Shown here: positions 16,442-24,990 of the stretch, piece after piece | Position numbering within the stretch: the stretch's first letter is position 1 | How the letters are laid out: every line of letters starts with the position of its first letter | Assembly (NCBI GenBank): GCA_937907975.1 | Contig: CALEQS010000296.1 | Span: 1 to 48,376, forward strand | Source of the DNA: an uncultured Clostridia bacterium | GTDB taxonomy: Bacteria; Bacillota; Clostridia; Oscillospirales; Oscillospiraceae | Length of the DNA stretch: 48,376 bases | Direction: 5' to 3' | Position numbers and translations under genes: made by a program | Notes under the pieces: generated by a model | What the model was told of the DNA's origin: nothing | Seen by the model: only the letters and a program-made list of their open reading frames with translations | Databases searched by the model: none

Positions 16442-17762
16442 TGCCCGCTTAGCTCATTGGTTTGATCGTCCTCGGAATCATGATGGTGATGGTCTTCGCC
16501 GGTATTCCGATTTTTGTCTCTATGCTGACCTGCGCCTTCTTCGGCTTTGTCGCCCTCTACGGCGGCGACATGAAGATGGCTCTGAACATTTTTACTACAT
16601 ACCCATTTGACTTAGGCGCCAACTACAATTACGCCGTCTTGCCAATGTTCATGTTAGTCGGCGCACTAGCCGGTGAGACCGGCATCGCCGAAGGCGCGTT
16701 CAAGTCCGTCCACGCCTTCCTCGGCCGCGTCAAGGGCGGTCTGCTGTTCACCGTCGTCGGCGCAAACGCCCTGTTCGGCGCCTGCTCCGGCTCCTCCGTG
16801 GCCGGCAACATCGTGTTCGGCCGTCTGGCCATGCCCGAACTGGAGAAGGCCGGCTACAGCCGCAAGTATTCTCTGGGCTGCGTCGCCGCTTCCGGCGCCC
16901 TGTCCACCCTGATCCCCCCCTCCATGGGCATCATCATGTTCTGCCTGGTGGCTCCCGTCACCATGAGCGTGGGCACCGCCCTGATGGGCGGCATCATCCC
17001 CGGCATCATCACCGCCGTGGCTCTGTGTGTGACCGTCCGCATCATCGGCCTGGTCAAGCCCGGTTCCATTTCTCCCGGAGGCGGCCCCAAGATCCCCGTC
17101 TCCGAGAAGCTGAAGTCCCTGCGTCTGCTCATCCCGATCTTCTGCCTGTTCGGCCTGATCATCGGCGGCACCTTCGCCGGCTGGTTCACCACAACGGTCG
17201 GCGGCGCTGTGGGTGCGGTCGCCGTGTGCATCTACGCCCTGTGCAAGAAGATGCCCCTCAAGCAGCTGGGCGCCTGCATGGTGGATGCCGCCGTCATGGA
17301 AGCCGGCATCTTCCCCATCATCGTCGGCGGCCAGATCTTCAGCAAGTTCATCTCCGACACCGGCCTGGCCGACTATCTGTCCGCCGCCATCGCCAGTGTC
17401 CACGCCCCCCCCGCTTCATCATCTTCCTGCTGGTCATCCTGCTGTATGTGTTCTGCGGCTGCGTGATGGACATCATGTCCATCATCATCACGGTCCCCGT
17501 GGTGTTCCCCATCCTGACCGGCATGGGCTACTCCCCCTACGCGCTGGTCATCGCCCTCTGCTTCGTGGCTGAGATTGCCGACCTGACGCCTCCCATTGGT
17601 ATGAACGTGTTCGCCCCCGCCAATGCGCTGCGCATCAATCCGTCCGAGATCTTCAAGGGCGTGATTCCCTACTTCATCTGCAAGATCGGTCTGGTCCTGC
17701 TGATCGGCCTGTTCCACCAGATCGTCACCTTCCTGCCCAGTCTGATGGGCGTGGGCAGCTGA
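16441..17762 (+). pseudogene. dctM: TRAP large permease (DctM-type), disrupted (TAG at codon 4 plus a frameshift in a C8 run)
   Basis: GGAGG (16427-16431) serves ATG 16441, which overlaps the dctQ TGA. The reading is M P A TAG(16450-16452) LIGLIVLGIMMV.... The frame breaks at CCCCCCCC (17405-17412): ...AAIASVHAPP continues in the -1 frame as RFIIFLLVILLYVFCGCVMD...LMGVGS. The total is 1322 nt. Confidence 0.8.
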
Positions 17763-17835
17763 CCCCTTCCCATGTAAGTCCGGCGGCCAATAAAAGAGAG
17801 ACCGCCTGATGGAAAAGTTTAAGGAGGAAAAAAGA

Positions 17836-18942
17836 ATGAAAAAGCTGTTTGCCCTGCTGCTGGCTCTCGCTATGGTCTTCGCTCTGGCGGCCTGCGGAAG
17901 CAATGGCGGCAACAACGCCCCCACCGCCAGCGCCGGTTCCGGTGACAAGGCCGAAGCCACCGGCGATGTGGAACCCCTGACCATCAAGTTCAGCTCCACC
18001 CATCAGGAGACTAAGACCGGCGGCACCATTGAGCAGTACTTCATCGATCAGCTGAAGGACATCTCCGGCGGCGCGATCGACGTTGACATCACCTGGGGTG
18101 GCCCCCTGTTTGACGCTTCCGGCGAGCTGGATGCCGTTATGTACGGCGTCGTGGACATGATCGCTCTGGGCCATATGCCCCATCTGGACACCCTGCCCTA
18201 CCTATCCCATGCCCGGCTTTGCGCCCGGCGGCACTCAGGCTGCTCTGGATTACTTCAACACCCTGATGTTTGACGATCCCGACACCTCCGCTCTGATCCA
18301 GGGTGAGGCCGAGGATCTGGGCATCAAGTATCTGAACGTCATCGCCGGCGGCGCCAACGCGCTGGCCGCCAAGTTCCCCTTCACCGACCTGCAGAGCCTG
18401 GTCGCCGGCTCCTCTTCCTTCGGCAACTTCGACGCCGCCATCTTTGAAAAGCTGGGCTTCCAGGTGACTGCCGTCACTCCTCCCGAACCCTATGAGGCTC
18501 TGGACCGCGGCATGATCGACGCCACCCAGATGGGTCTGGCCCCCATGGTCTCCATGGCCTGGTATGAGGTCGCTCCTTACTGGGCTCTGGACGGCACCTA
18601 ACCTACACCGCCAGCAACTTCTTCACCGTCAACCTGGACTGGTGGGAGAGCCTGACCGACGCTCAGCGCGACTGCATCCAGAAGGTTGCCGACGCCACTG
18701 AGGATTACTCCGCCACCCTGTATGACGATGCCATCGCTTCCGATCAGGCCACCATCGAGGAGAAGACCGGCAACAAGATCGTTGAGCTGAGCGACGCCGA
18801 CATCGATACCTTCTGGTCCGCCTGCTTCGAGGCAAAGGCTGACGACGCCATGACCCGCGCTGAGAAGCACGGTGTCACCGACGGTATGCACACCATTCTG
18901 GAGAAGGCCGCTGAGATCACCAACTACGATTGGCAGGGCTGA
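17836..18942 (+). pseudogene. dctP: TRAP solute-binding lipoprotein (DctP-type), disrupted by +1 and +5 insertions
   Basis: AAGGAGG precedes ATG 17836, and the lipobox is LAACG. The frame shifts at TCCC (about 18206-18208): ...LDTLPYLS / MPGFAPGGTQ.... It shifts again at the ACCTA-ACCTA duplication (18596-18605): ...YWALDGT / YTASNFFTV.... The 6 extra nt in total return the reading to the original frame, which ends at TGA 18940-18942. Confidence 0.85.
18596..18605 (+). repeat. 5-bp tandem duplication (ACCTA ACCTA) that creates the second dctP frameshift
   Basis: Read directly from GGC ACC TA|A CCT ACA. Removing one ACCTA restores GAC GGC ACC TAC ACC GCC (DGTYTA). Confidence 0.8.
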
Positions 18943-18988
18943 GTTTCAACCGAATAGGCTGACTCCATAAGTCTCACGCAAACGCGGA

Positions 18989-19024
18989 GGGCCGGATCCC
19001 ACTCGCGGGGTCCGGCCCTTTTTC
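18989..19024 (+). terminator. Rho-independent terminator after dctP
   Basis: The stem is GGGCCGGATCCC / GGGGTCCGGCCC (12 bp, one G-T) with a 6-nt loop. It is followed by TTTTT. Confidence 0.75.
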
Positions 19025-19066
19025 TATCTGTATCACTTGATATTTACCCCAAAGGAGGAACCACCT

Positions 19067-20952
19067 ATGAGCAAGTATCCCCACGTTCTCTCCCCGCTGG
19101 TCGTCCGCGGCCATGTGCTGAAGAACCGGCTGGAAGTCTCCAACTCCCTGCCTCACTTTCTGCAGGGCAACGAACCCTTCCCCGCTGAGAGCGTCATCAC
19201 CCACTACGCCAACAAAGCCAAGGCGGGCGCAGCCATTGTCACCTGCATGGGCATCAATAACTTCTCCCGGGACATGATCGTCCCCATGGAGGCCGATTTC
19301 ACCCACTCCCCCGATTTTGACCTCTACAATCCCGCCTGCCAGAACTACCTGATGCAGATGGCCGACGCCATCCACTATCACGGTGCCGTGGCCTGCATGG
19401 GGTTCTTTGTCGGCCCTCCCTCCGACTACCCGCTCCAGAAGCCCGACGGCTCCCTTGAGATCCTGCGTCTGAGCGACATCGCCAACTCCCGCCCCCTGTC
19501 CGAGAAGGAGGTCGATCCCTTTGGTCAGTCCGACATGATGACCCGCTCCGTCAAGGCCGCGCTGCTGAACACCACTCCGGAGCACATGGAGTTCATCGCC
19601 GACAGTCTGGCGCAGCAGGTCAAGATCCTGAAGTTCCTCGACTTTGACATGGTGTCCATCCACCTGTGCTACCGCGGCCAGCTGCCCACCCAGTTCCTCT
19701 CCCCGCTGACCAACACCCGCAAGGACGAGTACGGCGGCAGCCTGGAGAACCGCGCCAAATTCCCCCTGATGTGTCTCAAGAAGATCCGCGAGGCCGCCGG
19801 ACGGGACATGATCGTGGAGATCCTGTTCTCCGGCGAGGAGCCCGAGGGCGGCTACACCATGGATGAGGGCGTCGAATTCTTGAAAAGGGTCGAGCCCTAT
19901 GTGGACATCGTCCAGTTCCGCGCCGGTGAGGCCGACCCCAACCACCCTATTCCCTTCGAGTTAGAGCACACTCCCTTCCTGAAATACGCGGAAAACGCCA
20001 AGAAGAAGGGGCTGAAGATGAAGGTCGCCTACGTCGGCGGCTTCCACTATTTCGACGATGTGGAGGCAGCCGTGGCCGAGGGCAAGGTGGACATCGTCTC
20101 CGCCGCCCGCGCCTTTATCTCCAATCCCAACTATGTCCAGCTCATGCAGGAGGGCCGGGCGGACGATCTGGTACCCTGCCTGCGCTGCAACAAGTGCCAC
20201 GGCCGCAGCCCCCACGATCCCTTCGTGTCCGTCTGCTCCATCAATCCCAGAATCGGCATTGAGCATCGTCTGGACGTGCTGGAGTCTCCTGCTCGGCCCA
20301 GTATATGCATTGCCGTGATTGGCGGCGGCCCCGCCGGCATGAAAACCGCCATGGATCTGTGTGACCGCGGCCACAAGGTCACGCTCTACGATGCCGAGGA
20401 TCATCTGGGCGGCGCGATCTACCACGCCGACTTTGTCCCCTTCAAGTGGACGCTGCGCGACTTCAAGCGGTACCTGATCCATCAGGTGGAGAAGCGGCCC
20501 ATTGACGTCAGGCTCAACACCCGCGCCACCCCTGAGATGGTCAAGGCCGAGGGCTTTGACATGGTCATCTCCGCGCTGGACGCCTCTCCCGTCAAGCCCC
20601 CCATCCCCGGTCTGGACAAGCTCCATGTCATGGTGGCCACCGAGTCCACTGCCATCCACTATACTCCATGTTCAAGGATGCCTGGGAGAAGCTGCCTGGC
20701 TTCCACTCCGTGGTCAAGGCCACTGTCACCGCTGTGGAGGATGACAAGGTGACCTACAAGGACGCCGAGGGCGTGGAGCACGCCATTCCCCGCGACAGTG
20801 TGGTCATCTCTCTGGGTATGCGCGCCAAGACGGATGAGGCGCTGGCCTTCAGCAATACTGCTGATCGCTTTGCCATCATCGGCGACTGCAAAAAGCCCGC
20901 CACCGTCCAGCAGGCCATGCGTCAGGCCTATGCCGTGGCACACAGCCTCTAA
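19067..20952 (+). pseudogene. OYE-type FMN / 4Fe-4S / FAD oxidoreductase (2-enoate or 2,4-dienoyl-CoA reductase family), frameshifted near the C-terminus
   Basis: AAAGGAGGAA precedes ATG 19067. The sequence shows an OYE-like N-domain, then CLRCNKCHG...C and IAVIGGGPAGMKTAMDL. Frame 1 runs to ...ATESTAIHY (about 20660) and then to out-of-frame sequence. The conserved C-terminus (Y)SMFKDAWEKLPGF...FAIIGDCKKPATVQQAMRQAYAVAHSL lies in another frame (ORF 20668..20952). The total is 1886 nt. Confidence 0.75.
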
Positions 20953-20964
20953 CCCCATTACAGC

Positions 20965-21000
20965 AAAAAATCCCGCCGAAAATCGGCGGGATTTTTGTTT
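20965..21000. terminator. Bidirectional terminator between the oxidoreductase pseudogene (+) and the radical SAM gene (-)
   Basis: The stem is AAAAATCCCGCCGA / TCGGCGGGATTTTT, flanked by an A-run and a T-run. Confidence 0.85.
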
Positions 21001-21003
21001 TCT

Positions 21004-22386
21004 TTACTTTTCTTCCGGGTGTCCGGCACAGGCGGCGCAGTTGTGGCTGCACTGCCACAGCTCGTTGGCAGAGGGAGTCCAGTTCTTGGCATAGGCCTCG
21101 GTCTTTTCTGTCAGGTGCTCCACGCTCTCCGGAGACTGGAGGTCGGTGGAGTGGGCGCCGGTCTTGGCAATGATCTCCCGGATCTTCTCCGGGTTCTCCA
21201 GCATGGGGCAGGGACGCAGATGGTTCTCGTTGAAGGGCTGGCCATCATGATACGCCATAAACAGTGGGGAGGTCAGCGTCTCCAGCAGCGTCTTTTCCCG
21301 GATGTTGGAGTCGGAATAGTGGATGAACACGCAGGGGTCGCAGTCGCCGTTGGCGTTGATGTGCAGGAAGCGGCGGCCGCCGGCGATGCAGCCGCCCACA
21401 TACTCGCCGTCGTTCTGGAAGTCCATGATGAACAGCGGCTTGCGGTGACGGTAATCGTCCCGGATCTTGTGATAGATGTACTCACGCTGCTCCGGAGTAG
21501 GCAGCAGCTCGGGGCTGGCATCGTTGCCCACGGGCATATAGTGGAAGTACCAGATGAAGTAGGCGCCCCAGTCGATCAGCTTGTCAATGAAAGCCTCGCT
21601 GGTGATGGAGTCCATATTGGCACTGGTGTAGCAGGCGGAGATGCCGAAGGGCAGGTGGCGCTCTTTCAGCAGGGACATGGCGTGCAGCACCTTGTCATAG
21701 ACACCGCTGCCCCGGCGGCCATCGGTGGCCTCCTCAAAGCCCTCCAGCGAGATGGCGGGGATGAAGTTCTTGACCCGGAGCATATCGTCGGCAAACTTCT
21801 CGTCGATCAGCGTGGAGTTGGTGAAACACAGGAAGATGCAGTCATTGTGCTTGTTACACAGGGCGATCAGGTCATCCTTGCGCACCAGGGGCTCACCGCC
21901 GGTGTAGATATAGATGTAAACGCCCAGTTCCTTGCCCTGCTCGATAATATTATCGATCTCATCAAAGGTCAGGTTCAGCTTATTGCCGTACTCTGCCGCC
22001 CAGCAGCCCGTGCAGTGCAGGTTGCAGGCGGAAGTGGGATCCAGCAGGATAGCCCAGGGCACATTGCAGTTATACTTCTGGCGGATCTCCTCCTGACGCT
22101 TCCAGCCGACCAGGTTGCCATTGACGATGAAGTTGGTGAACACGGTCTTGAGCACATCGTTATCCACGTTTTTGACCACGTTCATAATGTACTTGTACCA
22201 GTTGTTCGTCGGGTCATTGATGACCTTGCGGATCACCTCTCTCTGCTTCGGAAAGCTGTTGGGGTCGTCACCGGCAAACTTGTCGATCAAGGCCATCAGC
22301 TTGGGCAGATTGGTCTCCGGGTTCTTCTCCAGATACCCCAGCGCACGGTGGATCGCAAACGCAGAAACCGAATTTTTGATACTCAT
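21004..22386 (-). CDS. Radical SAM protein with C-terminal auxiliary Cys clusters (SPASM/twitch-like), 460 aa, substrate unknown
   Basis: ORF 21004..22581 trimmed to ATG 22386, preceded by GAAGGAGAG. The CNLHCTGCW (CxxxCxxC) motif lies about 130 aa in, followed by GGEPL. Downstream Cys motifs are GGCIAGG...NGDCDPC, RPCPM and WQCSHNCAAC. Confidence 0.75.
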   Translation of the reverse strand: MSIKNSVSAFAIHRALGYLEKNPETNLPKLMALIDKFAGDDPNSFPKQREVIRKVINDPTNNWYKYIMNVVKNVDNDVLKTVFTNFIVNGNLVGWKRQEEIRQKYNCNVPWAILLDPTSACNLHCTGCWAAEYGNKLNLTFDEIDNIIEQGKELGVYIYIYTGGEPLVRKDDLIALCNKHNDCIFLCFTNSTLIDEKFADDMLRVKNFIPAISLEGFEEATDGRRGSGVYDKVLHAMSLLKERHLPFGISACYTSANMDSITSEAFIDKLIDWGAYFIWYFHYMPVGNDASPELLPTPEQREYIYHKIRDDYRHRKPLFIMDFQNDGEYVGGCIAGGRRFLHINANGDCDPCVFIHYSDSNIREKTLLETLTSPLFMAYHDGQPFNENHLRPCPMLENPEKIREIIAKTGAHSTDLQSPESVEHLTEKTEAYAKNWTPSANELWQCSHNCAACAGHPEEK

Positions 22387-22478
22387 AACGCATTCTCTCC
22401 TTCGATCGGCACCCAGTTCAGGTGCTCTTTCTTTGTTCCCCCACACTATACGAAACTTCCGGGAAAAAGAGAATGGAC

Positions 22479-22514
22479 AAAAAAAGCGGAGTGTTCCAAA
22501 TTGGGACACTCCGT
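22479..22514 (-). terminator. Rho-independent terminator after the TetR gene
   Basis: The stem is CGGAGTGT / ACACTCCG. It is followed by CTTTTTTT on the minus strand. Confidence 0.7.
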
Positions 22515-22528
22515 TTAATTTGGGTAAA

Positions 22529-23104
22529 TCACTTGTCCAGGTCGCTCCGCTGGACCACGCACCGCTCGGCAATACCAGCAAGACTGTTCTGAAAGAGCCG
22601 AGCCAGATTGTCCTCCAAAAACACCGTATCGCTCCGCATTCCCGCGCTCACCCAGTCCAGAAAGATACCGGTGATACCGTGGGTGTAGATAGCCAATGCA
22701 AAATTCCGATCCTCCTCGGCCACAGGGCGGCCATTCACGGCCTGATCGAAGCCAGCCTCCACATATGGCCCGACGATCTTGTGCAGTATCCGCTCCAGCT
22801 GCTCCCGCTCCACGGACTGGTAGACATTCAGCACCCATCCCCGGTTTTCCCGGGCATAGTTCAGCGCGTCCGCCACCTCGCGGATCCAGTCCACAGAGCC
22901 ATCCGCAGGACTGCCAAAATGACTGCACTCGTCCACCACCAGCCACTCCATCAGGTCATAGATGTCGCGAAAGTGATAGTAGAATGTCTTGCGGCTCACG
23001 GCGGCATCATCCGTCACATCCTGCACGGTAATCCGATCCAGCGGCCGCCTGCCTAGCAGTTTTTTCAGCGAATCTACCAGTGCGCGCTTCGTCAAATTCG
23101 TCAT
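22529..23104 (-). CDS. TetR/AcrR-family transcriptional regulator (191 aa)
   Basis: ORF trimmed to ATG 23104. The TetR HTH is ITVQDVTDDAAVSRKTFYYHFRDIYDLMEW. Confidence 0.85.
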   Translation of the reverse strand: MTNLTKRALVDSLKKLLGRRPLDRITVQDVTDDAAVSRKTFYYHFRDIYDLMEWLVVDECSHFGSPADGSVDWIREVADALNYARENRGWVLNVYQSVEREQLERILHKIVGPYVEAGFDQAVNGRPVAEEDRNFALAIYTHGITGIFLDWVSAGMRSDTVFLEDNLARLFQNSLAGIAERCVVQRSDLDK

Positions 23105-23154
23105 GAAATGCCCTCTCCCATTCCTCTTCCAAATCAATAAAGCTCTCTTTTTTG

Positions 23155-23183
23155 ATTATAGCAGAGTCCGTAAACCTTTGCAA
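23155..23183 (-). promoter_or_regulatory. Candidate sigma-70-type promoter for the TetR gene
   Basis: The minus strand reads TTGCAA (forward 23178-23183), a 17-nt spacer, then TATAAT (forward 23155-23160). Confidence 0.55.
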
Positions 23184-23220
23184 CGATTCGGTTTTGGAAG
23201 GATCTGAGCACGAAATAATC

Positions 23221-24375
23221 TCACCAGCCGGTGCGCATCTCCCGCAGAGAGGAGACGATGCCGGGCAGGGTCTCCAGCACATAATTCACCTCATCCACGG
23301 TGTTCTCTGCGTCAAGCGTCAGGCGCAGGGAACCGAGGGCGGTCTGCTTATCCACCCCCAAAGCAAGAAGAACATGGCTGGCGCTCAGACTGCCGGAGGT
23401 GCAGGCAGAGCCGGACGAGGCACAGATGCCCGCCATGTCCAGCCGCAGCAGCAGCGACTCCCCCTCCACACCGTCAAAGCAGAAATTGGCGTTCCCGGGC
23501 AGGCGGCGGGTCTGATCCCCGTTCAGCCGCGTCCCGGGGATGCGCGCCAGCACGCCCTGAATGAGCGCATCCCGCAGCTCAGTCACCTTACGGTCATTCT
23601 CCTCCATGTGGTCGACGGACTCCTCCAGCGCGGCGGCCATGCCGCAGATGCCGGACAGATTTTCTGTCCCGGCCCGCTTGCCCCGCTCCTGTCCACCGCC
23701 CTCGATGAAGCGGCCCAGCTTGACGCCCCGGCGGCAGTAGAGCGCACCCACACCCTTCGGGGCGTGGAACTTATGGCCGGACAGGCTGAGCAGGTCGATG
23801 TTCTGGGCCCTGACGTCAATGGGCAGATGGCCCACCGCCTGCACTGCATCCGTGTGAAAAAGCACGCCGTGCGCCCGGCACACCGCTCCCAGCTCCGTGA
23901 CCGGCTGGATCGTGCCGATCTCATTATTGGCATACATGAGGCTCACCAGCGCGGTGTCCGGCCGGATGGCCCGCTCCAGCTCCTCCACGCGCACAAGGCC
24001 GTCCTCATGCACCGGGAGATAAGTCACCTCGAACCCCTCCCGCTCCAGCCGTTCCATAGTGTGCAGGACGGCGTGGTGCTCAAAAGCGGACGTAATAAGG
24101 TGGCACTTCCCCTCCTGCGCCCCCATACGGGCGCATTGGGTGATGGCCCAGTTGTCCGATTCCGTGCCGCCGGAAGTGAAATAGAGCTCCGCCGGGGAGG
24201 CTCCCAGACAGCGCGCCACGCTCTGGCGCGCCTCGTCCAGCCGCTGAGCGGCCCGGCGCCCGGCGGCGTGCAGACTGGAGGGATTGCCCCAGCACTTCTC
24301 CATAGCGCGCAGTGCCGCCTCCCGGGCGGCGGCACTGGTGGCCGTAGTCGCCGCATGGTCAAAATAGACGTTCAT
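23221..24375 (-). CDS. nifS: Cysteine desulfurase, NifS/IscS type (384 aa)
   Basis: The sequence reads YFDHAATT...GNPSSLH...TSGGTESDN...SGHKFHAPKGVGALY. It also has a C-terminal SSGSACTSG active-site Cys loop. Confidence 0.9.
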   Translation of the reverse strand: MNVYFDHAATTATSAAAREAALRAMEKCWGNPSSLHAAGRRAAQRLDEARQSVARCLGASPAELYFTSGGTESDNWAITQCARMGAQEGKCHLITSAFEHHAVLHTMERLEREGFEVTYLPVHEDGLVRVEELERAIRPDTALVSLMYANNEIGTIQPVTELGAVCRAHGVLFHTDAVQAVGHLPIDVRAQNIDLLSLSGHKFHAPKGVGALYCRRGVKLGRFIEGGGQERGKRAGTENLSGICGMAAALEESVDHMEENDRKVTELRDALIQGVLARIPGTRLNGDQTRRLPGNANFCFDGVEGESLLLRLDMAGICASSGSACTSGSLSASHVLLALGVDKQTALGSLRLTLDAENTVDEVNYVLETLPGIVSSLREMRTGW

Positions 24376-24387
24376 AATATTCTCCTA

Positions 24388-24401
24388 AAATGCTAGCATT
24401 T
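24388..24401 (-). promoter_or_regulatory. Perfect 14-bp palindrome AAATGCTAGCATTT just upstream of the nifS RBS
   Basis: Read directly from the sequence. It lies in the 73-bp rrf2-nifS spacer, 13-26 nt upstream of the nifS ATG. Its function is unknown. Confidence 0.3.
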
Positions 24402-24448
24402 CACTAGGATTTTATCTGAAAGAAATGTGCCGCGCCGGAGCACGGCAC

Positions 24449-24862
24449 TCAGGACTTCATATGGTCCACAAAATCCTGCAAGGTGTACTGATCCACATAG
24501 TCGTTGATGGCCTTGTCCATGCCCTCCCAGAACCAGAGGGTGGCGCACTGGTCACAGTGCTCGCAGTTATTGATCTCACTCTGCAGGCAGGTGATGGGGG
24601 CCAGACTGCCCTCCACAGCCCGGAGCACATCGCCGACCCGGTATTCCGCCGGGGTTTTGGTGAGCATATAGCCCCCCTGCACACCCCGGATGCTTTTCAG
24701 GCAGTTGGCCTTGTTGAGCTTGAGCACGATCTGCTCCAGATATTTCACGCTGATGCCCTGGCGGCCGGAGATCTCCTTGAGCGAGACCACCGCCCCCTTG
24801 CCCTGGAGCGCAATGTCCAGCAGCAGGCGCAGGGCGTAGCGGCCCTTGGTGGATATTTTCAT
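24449..24862 (-). CDS. Rrf2-family regulator (IscR-like, 137 aa)
   Basis: ORF trimmed to ATG 24862, preceded by GGAG. The sequence is MKISTKGRYALRLLLDIA...VSLKEISGRQGISVKYLEQI, with the Cys cluster CLQSEINNCEHCDQC. Confidence 0.85.
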   Translation of the reverse strand: MKISTKGRYALRLLLDIALQGKGAVVSLKEISGRQGISVKYLEQIVLKLNKANCLKSIRGVQGGYMLTKTPAEYRVGDVLRAVEGSLAPITCLQSEINNCEHCDQCATLWFWEGMDKAINDYVDQYTLQDFVDHMKS

Positions 24863-24956
24863 CGAATCAACTCCAAAACTGAGCTTATTGAAACAGGCCG
24901 CGGCACTCACAGCCAGTCATTCAACATTCCGTGCCGCAGCCTCTCAGATAACGCTT

Positions 24957-24985
24957 ATTGTACCCGATTTCAGGCAGAATTGCAA
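24957..24985 (-). promoter_or_regulatory. Candidate promoter for rrf2-nifS
   Basis: The minus strand reads TTGCAA (forward 24980-24985), a 17-nt spacer, then TACAAT (forward 24957-24962). Confidence 0.5.
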
Positions 24986-24990
24986 CCGCC

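Noticed and set aside
15184-20952. Stop-codon reassignment or programmed frameshifting as an explanation for the in-frame TAGs and frame breaks.
   Set aside because: The lesions are confined to one 5.8-kb module. They co-occur with a gene remnant, a 5-bp duplication and a probable deletion. All other genes in the window read through normally, so decay is more parsimonious. This is kept as a low-priority check in the findings.
22387-22528. Small precursor-peptide (RiPP) ORF next to the radical SAM gene.
   Set aside because: The 142-nt spacer contains only the TetR terminator and a promoter-like TATAGT. It has no ATG/GTG-initiated ORF with an RBS in the gene's orientation. Downstream of the gene is a terminator.
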